Positions 32,308-42,660 of a stretch of 64,000 nt of DNA are shown one piece after another (the first letter of the stretch is position 1; every line of letters begins with the position of its first letter). The notes below the pieces were generated by a model, which saw only the letters and a program-made list of their open reading frames with translations, made no database searches and had not been told where the DNA came from. The stretch is from a virus. The DNA is taken from positions 1-64,000 of the IMG/VR virus record IMGVR_UViG_3300005663_000033. One strand, given 5' to 3'. A program made the position numbers and the translations under genes.

Positions 32308-32787
32308 TTATGGGACATGTTTTCTTAGTTTTGTTTTTCCATTTACAAGGCAAGATATCGCTGGCTGCGAAACGCCGAATTGTCTAGCTAAAGAAATTTG
32401 TGTGGTCCCGTTCCTGTGAAGCTTTATTATCATTGTTTGTTCTTTTAGCGTCAAATGGTGGTAACTAGCCCCAGGTCTCTTGTCTCCATACGATCCCCAA
32501 TCGAGGTATCTTTGCGACCGTAATCGACGTGGCTGTTGTCCCCTGGCCTTTCTTATACAAAGTGGTAGTTCCTCGCAGCACAGGCCCTTAAAAGCCGCAC
32601 AGACGAGTCTCTGAGTTAGTTTCTTCTTCGCGGAAGACCCCGTGTATGTATATTGAAAACCATCATGATGTATCACCGGATTAATTACGCGCCATCTACC
32701 AAAGAACTTACGCCAAATACGGCCTTTCCTGTCGGCAAAATATAATGGATGATCCGGTATTTGTTTTCTATCAATTCGTTTGGTCAT
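32308..32787 (-). CDS. NUMOD4/HNH-derived protein with C-terminal HTH (nuclease probably degenerate)
   Basis: KQIPDHPLY.ADRKGRIW, RLVCAAFKG, TQISLARQFGVSQPAISCLVNGK; canonical H-N-H residues not evident. Confidence 0.6.
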   Translation of the reverse strand: MTKRIDRKQIPDHPLYFADRKGRIWRKFFGRWRVINPVIHHDGFQYTYTGSSAKKKLTQRLVCAAFKGLCCEELPLCIRKARGQQPRRLRSQRYLDWGSYGDKRPGASYHHLTLKEQTMIIKLHRNGTTQISLARQFGVSQPAISCLVNGKTKLRKHVP

Positions 32788-33107
32788 ATTTTATTCCAAG
32801 ATGCAAGACACAAAAGTAGGGATTAGAAGTCTACCGGATTACTAGCATTCTTTGGTGACCATCTAAGAACGCATCCGTTTTGACCAGGGGCAGGGCAGCA
32901 ATGTACAATCCCAAAACAATCGACCACACGATGTGTGGTGCCTCTCAGAGACAAAAATAATTCTCTTGGACGATCAATGCGGTATACCCGTCCATTAAAA
33001 TCGTATTCTCGCCATGCTTCTGACTTCAGTGAATATCGAGTCATCACTTCATCTCTCCTGTTAATGTATCGTGCAAGGCACTCGGGAGCAGACTTGTTCT
33101 GCTACCG

Positions 33108-33138
33108 TATTATACGTCTAACTCATGCCTGTGTTTCA
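33108..33138 (-). promoter_or_regulatory. ECF-type promoter TGAAAC-N16-CGTATAATA, first promoter of the left arm
   Basis: Reverse strand: TGAAACacaggcatgagttagaCGTATAATA. Confidence 0.75.
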
Positions 33139-33504
33139 CCTCTCTTCGATTTTTTTCATCTTTTTTGTCGTCCTATAAAGCGATTGATACAGGCGTTCAG
33201 AAAGGGGCACCCCCTTGTTTAATAAGGCGGGGGACTAGGTGAGAAGGAGTGTATGCGTTTTCTTGTAGGGCATGGATTTTTGGAGCCTAGTATGCCTAAA
33301 CCCCCGGCGGTTATCGGACCTAGCCGAGTTATCGGACCATCCTATATTACCGGCCCACCCCTTAGCCCAGATTTATCGGACCATCTCAGCTAGACATGTT
33401 ATCGGACTATCTTGCATGACATGCAAGGGGAGGTTATCGGACCTATCCTCCTCGCACCCGAACCCTCTTGAGTTATCGGACCAAAAGTTTTTCTTCTCGA
33501 TTTC

Positions 33505-33533
33505 TTGCCTTCGCGCCGATTGTATCCTAGAAT
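33505..33533 (+). promoter_or_regulatory. sigma70-like early promoter TTGCCT-N17-TAGAAT
   Basis: 17-nt spacing, T-rich upstream, followed by a GGAG RBS and ATG 33578. Confidence 0.6.
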
Positions 33534-33577
33534 ATATATGACATGACAACGCACACGACAAACAACGGAGAAAAAAG

Positions 33578-33691
33578 ATGAAACTACTTATCGGACTAAC
33601 GCTTACTGGAATCATCGGCTCTTGTGTTATCGGACTACTCATCAACGCCTACTCCTGGATTGAAGCATCGCTTCATTCAGTAGGCCTTTAA
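33578..33691 (+). CDS. Small membrane peptide (37 aa)
   Basis: MKLLIGLTLTGIIGSCVIGLLINAYSWIEASLHSVGL; GGAG RBS. Confidence 0.55.
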   Translation: MKLLIGLTLTGIIGSCVIGLLINAYSWIEASLHSVGL

Positions 33692-33702
33692 GGGAGAGAA
33701 TC

Positions 33703-33792
33703 ATGGCGACTATTATTATCGGATGTGCGGCAATGGTGGTTATCGGAGCGGTATGGTTGTGGTCTGTATTATCAGACCTTGAGGGGCTATAA
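33703..33792 (+). CDS. Small membrane peptide (29 aa)
   Basis: MATIIIGCAAMVVIGAVWLWSVLSDLEGL; GGGAG RBS. Confidence 0.5.
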   Translation: MATIIIGCAAMVVIGAVWLWSVLSDLEGL

Positions 33793-33794
33793 CA

Positions 33795-34052
33795 ATGGAC
33801 AAGACACTGGTGAAATATCGGACACTAGGCAGCAAATTTAACAGTTACGCTGTAGTACCTACCCTGTTCTTATCGGGCCTACTCGATTGGCTGAAGTTAT
33901 CGGAATGTGCGACGATCATCTCTACGACCGATAACTATCAGCGGATTCTCCGACAATCTGAGTTATCAGACCTAGCCGCTCCTGAATCATGGCCGAGTTA
34001 TGGGCAGTGTAAAGGTTACATTCTCGCTGTAGACATGCTGGAGTGCCGATAA
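33795..34052 (+). CDS. Hypothetical protein within the motif field
   Basis: 85 aa, GAGGGG RBS. Confidence 0.55.
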   Translation: MDKTLVKYRTLGSKFNSYAVVPTLFLSGLLDWLKLSECATIISTTDNYQRILRQSELSDLAAPESWPSYGQCKGYILAVDMLECR

Positions 34053-34287
34053 TGTTTGGACAAGCTAAACTTGAAATACCCACAAGCGGTAATATCGGAC
34101 CTTCCTGTACCACCGGATTATCAGACCAACTAGCTATGACTATCGGACGTACAGCAGCACGCACGTTATCGGAACAAGATGGGTATGTTGTAGTGACACT
34201 TGAATCAGGATCGGTTCGTGTTATCGGCTATAATACGATCCACGACAAACTCGTTATCGGACGTTTAACCATTTAAGGAGCGATAAG

Positions 34288-34644
34288 ATGAGAAACAGAG
34301 TTATCGGACAAACAGGCACGGTGGTGTTATCGGACGATTCGATCTTCCGTAGTAGATCACACAAACGGACCTTGCGCTACCAGTACCTAAAAGTACAGCA
34401 CGGCTGGATTGCGTGGATTTGCGGACCTTTCCATTCTCGGACCTACGGGGTTTGTAGTTTTGGGACCAGAAGAAGGTCGGCTAAAGCAGCACTTGCAACT
34501 CGCCTCGCAAACGATTATCGGTACTTAGGCAATCTAATGTTCTCGGACGTTGATGGGTCCGATACTGTAGGCAAGACCGATGCGCAGTTATTGGACGAAA
34601 CGACGATCAATCATCCGATAATGAGCGAATTGCTAGGCGTGTAG
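34288..34644 (+). CDS. Hypothetical protein within the motif field
   Basis: 118 aa, AAGGAG RBS. Confidence 0.6.
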   Translation: MRNRVIGQTGTVVLSDDSIFRSRSHKRTLRYQYLKVQHGWIAWICGPFHSRTYGVCSFGTRRRSAKAALATRLANDYRYLGNLMFSDVDGSDTVGKTDAQLLDETTINHPIMSELLGV

Positions 34645-35176
34645 TTATGGGGCGCGAAACCGTTTTCTGGATTAAAACCATACTGTACGCAGGTCTTATA
34701 ACTGTGGCAATGTGGTAAAGATTATGGGACCGGCGACATGCGCAATCGTTGGTCCTATAACTTTGCGCCGACCTTTGTGTTATGGGACGTTGAGCCGTGA
34801 GCGATTATCGGGCCTAAGTATAAACTAGTTTACCCTGTGTGTATTGTCCCATAATACATCGGTTTATGGCGCAAAAACGCCATTTCTTATCGGAAATCAC
34901 TTATAAGACGACTTTTTTATCGGAAAGGGTAGATAACTTCGCGGTTTTTAGCTTTTTCATGGTTATTGGACCCCATATTAGGACTAGCATAACCTGTATT
35001 ACAGGACTTTCCGATAATATCGTGGATTTTGAACAAATAACAGGGTTTTTATAGGCAAACGACCGATATGTGATCTCAAAAAGCGGACTTTGTTACAATT
35101 GCAGATTATCGGTCTAAGTGCGATAATATCGTGGATTAGGGTCTCTAGGCGCGGAAAAGTTTTTTCGGATTATACC

Positions 35177-35205
35177 TTGACGGCGTATATAACTAAGCCT
35201 ATAGT
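35177..35205 (+). promoter_or_regulatory. Strong sigma70-like promoter TTGACG-N17-TATAGT
   Basis: Near-consensus -35/-10 with 17-nt spacer at the start of the structured non-coding region. Confidence 0.7.
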
Positions 35206-35299
35206 ATTATGTAAGAAGAAAAAAGAGAAGCAAAAAACGGACCTTTAGGGGTTTACCTAATGAAGTCGTAAACGAAAAACGGACGAATGATTGTGGTTA

Positions 35300-35560
35300 G
35301 GTATCTCCGGCATTGACACAATAGGCCGTCGTGTCAAGTGCTCTACGTGGCGTATGTACCGCACGGGGAATTGTAGGGAGCGCTACCGATAGTTCCCGGG
35401 GGTATCTAACCGTTGTCATTCCGATGACCCGCAAGGGTCTGATAATAAGTGACCGGCGCAACGTCGGTCCGAATAAGGGTTTCAGTACGTTACTACTTGT
35501 CCGTCCCATAACGGGACGGAGTAGTCTCGGGCATGGGACGGGCGATAACCTTGCAAGGGG
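35300..35560 (+). ncRNA. Structured 5' leader or ncRNA
   Basis: Consecutive hairpins (GCATTGACAC/GTGTCAAGTGC; GACCC-GCAA-GGGTC; GGCGCAACGTC; TGTCCGTCCCAT/ATGGGACGGGCG) with G-U pairs and GNRA loops. Confidence 0.5.
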
Positions 35561-35567
35561 AATCGTT

Positions 35568-35879
35568 ATGTCTAACAGTGCCACTGGAACGATTGTCGAG
35601 TTTGAGTCTGCGACTTTCAAGACCAACGCCGCGATTTATCGGGCGAACAAACGCATGGTCGACGCCGCTAGTCGATACGACAGTGTCGATGACGCAAAGG
35701 CCGGTCTTGATGCAGCGTGGAAAGTTCTTGAAGCTCAGGTTGAAAATGGGTCGGGTTACACTCCCGATTCCAAGCTGGGCTTTGGGTCCGACAATGCCAC
35801 CGTGATTGCCGAGAGTCTGCTCGGTCGTCGCAACAGTGTCGGCGCAACTCGTAAGTCGTTCAACGATCTGGGCAGGTAG
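35568..35879 (+). CDS. Hypothetical 103-aa early protein
   Basis: MSNSATG.. after an AAGGGG RBS; the upstream extension in the ORF track lies in the hairpin region. Confidence 0.7.
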   Translation: MSNSATGTIVEFESATFKTNAAIYRANKRMVDAASRYDSVDDAKAGLDAAWKVLEAQVENGSGYTPDSKLGFGSDNATVIAESLLGRRNSVGATRKSFNDLGR

Positions 35880-35889
35880 AGTGTCTGAC

Positions 35890-37270
35890 GCACCGCGCCT
35901 CTAGCGAAGATAGTCTTGTATAGGCTATGTTTATAGGCCGTTAGGGGCGCGTAACGATGGACATTCTGACTTAAAGTCAGGATTGAATCGCTTGGTAGGG
36001 TAGCACCCTATCGTTATAGGTCCACTATCTAGGATCAGCGGTTCCCATAACCAACCATAGCGGGAGGTCCGATACGCATCGGGTATTCCCGGAAGAGGTT
36101 GGGTAGTAGTCCGATAGTCGCCGTAGTAGGGTCTATAAGCGCGCAGGACGTGCGCTAATGGGTCTCAACCGGAGTCAACGGTTATCGGTCGAACTCCAGT
36201 CTTGAGAAGCGACAAAACGTAGAGTCCAGAATGTGGGCTCAGTCTACGCCCGTAGTACGTGGACGGGATAAGTGACGGATCGTCTACACGATTCCTTGTA
36301 TGTCTGGCAAAGGGTCTTGGTACAGCGCCGAGGCAGCTAGACAGAAAAGGGTAGGTCGTGTTAATCATTTTACGGTCCTTCATGGTAATACGTCTATCGT
36401 TTTGGGGTAGGCTTTCTTTTTGTCGTGGGATAGGCATTTCCAAGGGCAAGTCCTGTAAACTCCGTCACAACAATTTCTTTCGCAAGGGTCTCTCGGGGTA
36501 TTGCTGATAGTTCGAGGGGTCTGAGGTTAGAATGTGGCGCGGTTCACGATCTTGTCGGTTAAGTCTTAGATTGGCACGCAACGGGTATTGTGTGTCCAGT
36601 CTCTGTTACTATTTTGCTGAACGACACGACACGACGGACGGGTTGAATAAACTGGTTCATTGCACTGGCGCAACAGTCTCGGCTCGATTAGTCGTTAAAA
36701 TAAGGATACTAGAAACTGTCCTGGGAAAACGGATAGCCAGATTTCATCTGCCAGGGCATTATCCGCAAAAAGCAGTGGTAGGACCTACGGGTCGGGAAGT
36801 CGTGACGATGGGCTGCATAGTCGTCAGTCACGATGGACAAGTTAGGTGGGTTGGCTTGTCAACTTTTTTGATGGCATATCATTATGGGCTGTGGAGTTAG
36901 CAAAGGGAATAATATGCTGGAAGTTAATCCCTGTAGGGATGCATCTTGAGTTGTCTAGCGCAAGACAATGATTGAGCTTATGGCATATCCCGGCGGGTGA
37001 AAGACGAATCTCTCTTTGTAGGTATCGCTAAAACTACAGGGGTACGATTCGTGGAAAGTCCTCCGATCTAATAGACGGGGGAGGTATTTATGAAGCCACA
37101 CTTGGCGCTACAGCCTGTAATGATGTGTCATCATTCGTGGCGCGTTGTCGAGAGATGGCGCGTCGCATTTGTTTATGGGCGAAGGCAATCCTCGTTGTCG
37201 TGTCCCGGAGGCGGAGCGCGGAGGTTAGAGGTAAACCAGCCGTATAACGCCACGCCATAGATGGGATGGG
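35890..37270 (+). ncRNA. Putative large structured ncRNA(s)
   Basis: ~1.4 kb with no convincing RBS-led ORF; many stems with G-U pairs (35894-35906/35939-35951; long-range 36272-36279/36461-36468; 36800-36833; 37004-37051). Confidence 0.5.
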
Positions 37271-37281
37271 TTCCACAAGGA

Positions 37282-37360
37282 AAGCCAGTAGCTCAATTGG
37301 TAGAGTAACTCCAGCCCATGGGCTCGGGGTAGGTTGTGGGTTCGAGTCCCACCTGGCTTT
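37282..37360 (+). tRNA. tRNA-like RNA with a 13-nt self-complementary 'anticodon loop'
   Basis: Acceptor AAGCCAG/CTGGCTT, D arm GCTCAATTGGTAGAGT, stem ACTCC/GGGGT around AGCCCATGGGCTC, T arm GTGGG-TTCGAGT-CCCAC. Confidence 0.75.
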
Positions 37361-38554
37361 TTAGGGAGGGCAATAGTGGGAGTTGGATTTTGCAGCCCAA
37401 CAGCGCCGGATTCGGTGGGGTTTCCGGTACACTTTTTCTTTAGGAGATTGCGATGCTGTTGATAATCAATGACACCGATCCGGTCAGCGAAAAGCACCTA
37501 TCCTGGAATATAAAAAGAACGGTAGGCGAGCGTTCGAATGTTCTTAGTTTGTATGAAATAGTCGAAGTCACATACAAACACCCAGACGCCGATGAATTGA
37601 CAATTCAGGTTATAGAGTCAAAACTGATAGACTCGGCCTGCGTACTGTCAAGCAAGGCGGCTTTGTGGATTTTGTTAGAGGCTGCATTTACGGCTATCAG
37701 CACAGACCGGGTGATAGCTTAGACAAGAGGAATTCCGATACACTTTTTCTTGTAGGGGAAATAAAATGACAGTAAAAAAACTCATCGTGGAACTTCAAAA
37801 GCATCCGGACCACTACAAGGTAGGAATTTACTGCTACGCTTGCGGCGAGGAAGGCAAGACAGAGGTTATTGAAGCAGAATCTTCATTATTTGACGGGAAT
37901 GAAGGTATAGTCACGATCTCAACCTTCTAGCCCAGTCATCACCCCAAAACAACTCCTTTTTCGTAGGGGAAAACTGTGATGGTTCAACCCGCTATCATGT
38001 TGGCCACAGTCCTTTTAGCTCTCATTGCGATCGTCGCAATGTTTGTAACCGTGGGCAGTATTTTATACTTGTTGTGGAAAGGACGCAAAGGATAGGTTAT
38101 CGCCCCACATCTACTAATCACCCTCTCCAAGAAACTATCCGGGATTTTTTATGAACTTTCCGGGGTTTTCTGATTAGTCCAGGTACTTCAGGGGTCATTA
38201 GAACGTTTGCATATTTATGCAAGTGTATTACTATGCCTTTGAACCAGGTGCCTGCCAAAAACGCAGCTAACCCTTCGCCCACGCTCTTTCTTACTATTAA
38301 GGTGTTTGCTCTATAGGGGGAGTAGTTGGTAAAACGGTACAAAAACACGCCTTACGTGGTCAAAAACACGGTTGCGAAGCACTGCGAGTCGGTCGTCGGG
38401 TCTAAGCCAGTTTGGCCTGTATCTGTTTCTATATACGATTTTGTAGGCTAAATGGGACATATAGCGAGTGGTGGGACGGAATGGTATACAGGGCGCTAGG
38501 TACGAAATTTGTATCTGATTTCTTGAATCTTGTAGGCTAACGTCCTGTTATCAA

Positions 38555-41500
38555 AAGGGGTACAAAATGTTTTCAGGGTGTGAATTGAATGAATGCGGCC
38601 ACACTCCGGATGGATTACGAGTGCGGGCTATTACGGATGCGATGGGCGCTCAGGTGGTAGTGACCAACGATCTGGAGCCGGACAAAGACAGTCTATTAAC
38701 CAAGCCGCTAGAGAACCATAAAACGGCAATAGTGCTGGGGGAATCAGTAGCTAGAAATGGCATCTCCGTATACGAGGGATGGAGAGGGCCAATCGGGACA
38801 GTATTCGAATTCGTCGAAGTGATGGCTCACGACTATTTGAGAAAACGAAACGGCCACACGAAATAAAGTGACGATGATTATCGTCCTTTGTTTAAGGGGT
38901 ACGAAAAATGGATTTACTTGGTGGTGATCCGAAACTTGAAGACGCGGTAGAAAAATTACTGGCGGAAGCAACCCGTCGCGGAGACGAATGGCGAGCGATA
39001 GCCGCAGGAATAGAAGCTCAACACGAACGGGAAAGAAAACAACTCGCCCGAACTCACGCTAGCCAGTTGACCAATCGCTATATAGAGTGGAAGAAGCAAA
39101 CCTGAAGGGGATGCAAAATGCTCATAGAAACTCTCGTTTTAGGCGTCCAAACGACCCCTGATAGGGTAATCAAAAAGTCGCTATGGATGGCCGAACAATG
39201 GGCAAGAAAGAGTGTGTGGTCGTGGAGTGTGTGTTTCCAGGATACAACTTACGACGGAACCCCGGTAAACTACCCAACTGGACATGCGAGAATAACCGTT
39301 CGGTATTTCTCAACATTAAAAGAGGGTCTCGTAAGACGTATTCGCTAACGTCCTGTTATCAGAAGAGGTACAGAAATGAGAAACTTTCGCGTATTCATGA
39401 AGGCGATGCTTATTAAGGGTCATTGGAAGTATTCTGGCAAGACAAATAAGTTAATAACCAATGGTCAGAGAATGTGGTTAGCATTCAGCATGTTGATAGC
39501 TTCGTTGGTCACACTGGCAACTTTCGGTAGGATCACGTGTTGGGCTGATATTTTCATGGGTCTGAAATATGCCTCTGATACCAAAAAGGGGAATTGCAAT
39601 TACTTTCGTAGGTGGCCAAATTGGTTCTTTTGGGTAGTAATCGCCTGGGCTATCGTAGTGATCGTCCTGAATAGATAAAGGGAAACAGGGGTACAAAATG
39701 TTCTGTAGGGTGGGGATACCATGGACACGACAGAGTTAAAGGTGATCGCTGCGGCACAAAAGGAATTCCTGGAGGCTGGTTATCAATGGCAAGAAAACAT
39801 CTATAACGACGGGTTGGACGACAACTGTTTTGTGAACATGACTAAATCAACCGATCCATGCGCTTTCGGTGTCGGATATCCAGAACCAGAAGACACGGTT
39901 GGTTGGGGTCGCTTTCCCAGGGTGGTCGCGTTACATTTTAGCGGTAATCTTCCGGCCATTATGGACGCCATAGACACTGTTCTGCCAGTAAAAAAGGGGG
40001 GTACAAAATGAACCAACTGGAAATATCTCTAAAACAAAATGGATTTCATGAAATTGAATTGCATGGTCCTACTGCGACTCACGAACACGCATCTTCCATG
40101 TTCCAAATACGAATAAGGGCTGCTTCTGGATTGACACTTTATTTCGTGAATGCGTTCTTCTATAGAAAAATGCAACCACATCTAAAAGATATGATCGAAT
40201 TTGAGGTTCGCTTATATCCATCGATGAACAGCAGATACTGGATCACCTTAGAATTCCATGGGTGTGATCAAGAATTAGATATAGATACGGCTATGGAATT
40301 CTTCCGTCATGCCTACAGCAGTCTGTGGTGTAAGCCAGACCCGCATAACCAATAGTGGCGACGGGAGGGGTACGAAATGACAATTTCAATCCCGGAAAGT
40401 GAAATGATAGAAGATACTGTTATTTGCACAGCGTGCGGTGGCGACTGTTGTAAAAAATGCTCCGGTGCATATCATCCAGATGACTTAAAGCCAGTCACAG
40501 TAGATTCTCTTGCCAGTAGATTTGCCGATGGTATCTATGCAATCGATTGGTGGGAAGGTGACGTTCGCCCCGGCAAAGACGAATGGCCAATCTCTCTGTT
40601 TATTCGTCCCGCCCACGTTGGGATTACGAAGTTACACGATCCTTCGTGGGGTGGCGTCTGTATTCATTGGAATGCTACGAATGGGTGTTGCTTTGAATTG
40701 CATCACAGACCAAAAACCTGCCGTGAGCTTGTTCCCAAGGATAATGGCAATTGCATCGGTCCGTTTAATAAAGAGGAAGCTGCGATGGCGTGGGTACCAT
40801 ATCAGCAAAAAATAGAAAAAGCGGCGGTAATTGCCAGACAGCAAAGGTAAGGCATTGCGACAAGAAGGGGTACAAAATGACTGTGAAGTTGATGTACGAA
40901 GCTGCTATAGAAGCGATAGAACATGTCGGTCAGACAAACTGGTCTGGCAGGGTAGAGGCTGCTAAAGTGTGGCTTAAAAGGATTTTGGACGGCAAGACAG
41001 ACAAGAGTCTGGATCAGATTCAAAAGGAAATCAACGAGAATTGAGGTATAAAATGGCAAATGATCTTGGCTTCTTGGAGCCATTGGCGGTTGGTTGGAAC
41101 GATCGAGGACTCGGACACGGAGACTATGGTGTAGTCGATGCGTCTGGAAAACTGATTGCCGAGATCGCAACAGGGCGATACGATCACGCCCTTCTTTTCG
41201 CTACTGCGCCGAAGCTGTTGGAGGGATGTAAGAAAGCGTTGACTTGCAATCTCAATTCAGATGTCCGAGCCCTAATCCAAAACGCTGTTGATGAGATGAT
41301 TCTTCAACAATTCAAATTAAAGCCACCTGGCGAAAAATAGAGAGGCGCAGGGATAATGAACCAATTGGAAGCACTGAGTAGCAAACGCTGGATTACCGTA
41401 GAATTACACGGGTATGACAAGAAATCAGATGTATATGGGGTGATGGGGCTTCATGAACGGCTAAGGAGTTTTTCCGTCATACCTATCATAACCTGTGACG

Positions 41501-42055
41501 AAAAGACATAAAAGGAGGATGAAACATGGTGGTAACAATGTTGTGCAATTACGGAAAACTGAAGATCAATCGTCGATACAAAGCCATAGACGAGGGACTA
41601 GATTGGGTAAAGATAGGGAATTTGTTTGTTTCCAAGGAATTCGTTATTGTGCCGATGAGTTGAATTTTGAAGTTGCTAGATAAAGAAGGTAGGCATGTTG
41701 TGAGAATAGAAAATTGGAGCGTCGTGTCTTTTTGTCACCATCCATACTCAGCGCCGGAGACTTGCCAGCTATCATTACATGGCTGCGTTTTTGGCCATCC
41801 CAGGTTTGAAGATGGGACACCTATAACAACGTCGCCAATAATAAGTGTGGACGGCGCAGGTCACATTTTAACCAGAAGCGGAAGCGATTACTTTCTGGGT
41901 AAAGTCGATCCACTCTACGAACGAGCATTCCCAGAAGCGCAAAATAGACTCCTAAATAGTCTCCGTCAATAGCTGCGAGAATTTGCTAAAAGTACCCGTC
42001 TATATAAGACCTCGTGGCGCGAATCAATTGTCTCTTCAAAAGGAGTACAAAATGC
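38555..42055 (+). repeat. Repeated start-associated motif (A/G)GGGGTAC(A/G)AAATG
   Basis: Precedes ATGs at about 38567, 38908, 39118, 39376, 39698, 40008, 40377, 40877, 41053, 42052; a longer repeat GCTAACGTCCTGTTATCA sits at ~38537 and ~39344. Confidence 0.8.
40377..40850 (+). CDS. YkgJ/FliB-like cysteine-cluster protein
   Basis: CTACGGDCC...CIHW....C.....RPKTCR. Confidence 0.7.
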   Translation: MTISIPESEMIEDTVICTACGGDCCKKCSGAYHPDDLKPVTVDSLASRFADGIYAIDWWEGDVRPGKDEWPISLFIRPAHVGITKLHDPSWGGVCIHWNATNGCCFELHHRPKTCRELVPKDNGNCIGPFNKEEAAMAWVPYQQKIEKAAVIARQQR

Positions 42056-42660
42056 TAACACCATCTATAGGAACCTTTGTAAAAATCATTGACGGTAGAA
42101 TCGGTGTGATCGTAGGCAACGAACACAGCGGTGGGGTATTCCGTGGGCACTGCAATGTGTGGTTTGGGATGTGGTCCGCAATTACAGGAGACAGACGAAC
42201 CTGTCAGAGTCTCTATTGTAGGGGTGACACGCCGCGCACAGAACATTTGCTGGTGACTGATGATTGGACAGTAGTCGAAACGCCCGTCGGTTGTATTATC
42301 CTGTAAACATCTCGCTAAAGAATCTTAGCTCTAAGGGGCAAGACGATGAAGGTGTGGTTGATAATAACTGCGGCAATATGGCTGGCGTATGGAATAGCCG
42401 TATTTGTCACAGCAAGAGGGCTTAAGGTGGGCTATGAGGTCTACAAGATACAGAACACATCTGATTGGTCTGGCCAAAAACCTACCGTAATCATAACTGA
42501 AAATGACCCAGGTTGGGAAGAAGCACATGCGCGATGGTTAGATATGAAAAACCCAACCGATAGTCCTGAGTGGAAAAAAGGTGTTATTGCTATCACAAAA
42601 AGAAAAGAAGGTCCGACAAGTGGTTAATGTTGCCCAAGACAACACCAGGAGGATTGAGTT

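Larger units (their letters stand above)
24034..33047 (-). other. Array of ~35 small minus-strand accessory genes (many Zn-ribbon or membrane peptides)
   Basis: Tightly coupled short ORFs with RBSs (e.g. 24224-24436, 24438-24668, 24672-24917, 27292-27663, 29319-29846, 30151-30366, 30391-30807, 32823-33047); frequent CxxC pairs. Confidence 0.7.
33311..35135. repeat. Dense field of TTATCGGA(C) motifs at the strand switch
   Basis: About 17 exact TTATCGGA on + counted by eye (33311, 33329, 33373, 33399, 33434, 33473, 33588, 33627, 33716, 33740, 33897, 34166, 34254, 34301, 34327, 34887, 34917), plus reverse copies and roughly 15-20 single-mismatch variants. Confidence 0.92.

Noticed and set aside
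33311-35135. CRISPR array or DnaA-box cluster
   Set aside because: The unit is only 8-9 nt, irregularly spaced and inside ORFs, with no cas genes; TTATCGGAC shares only TTATC with the DnaA box TTATCCACA.
35331-35567. N-terminal extension of the 182-aa ORF
   Set aside because: No RBS at 35331 and the region is hairpin-rich; a good RBS precedes ATG 35568.
35890-37270. tmRNA, RNase P RNA or group I/II intron
   Set aside because: Their hallmark sequences could not be found by eye; left as unclassified structured RNA.
37315-37322. tRNA-Met/Ile(CAT) call for the tRNA-like element
   Set aside because: CAT sits in a 13-nt self-pairing loop without U33 geometry.
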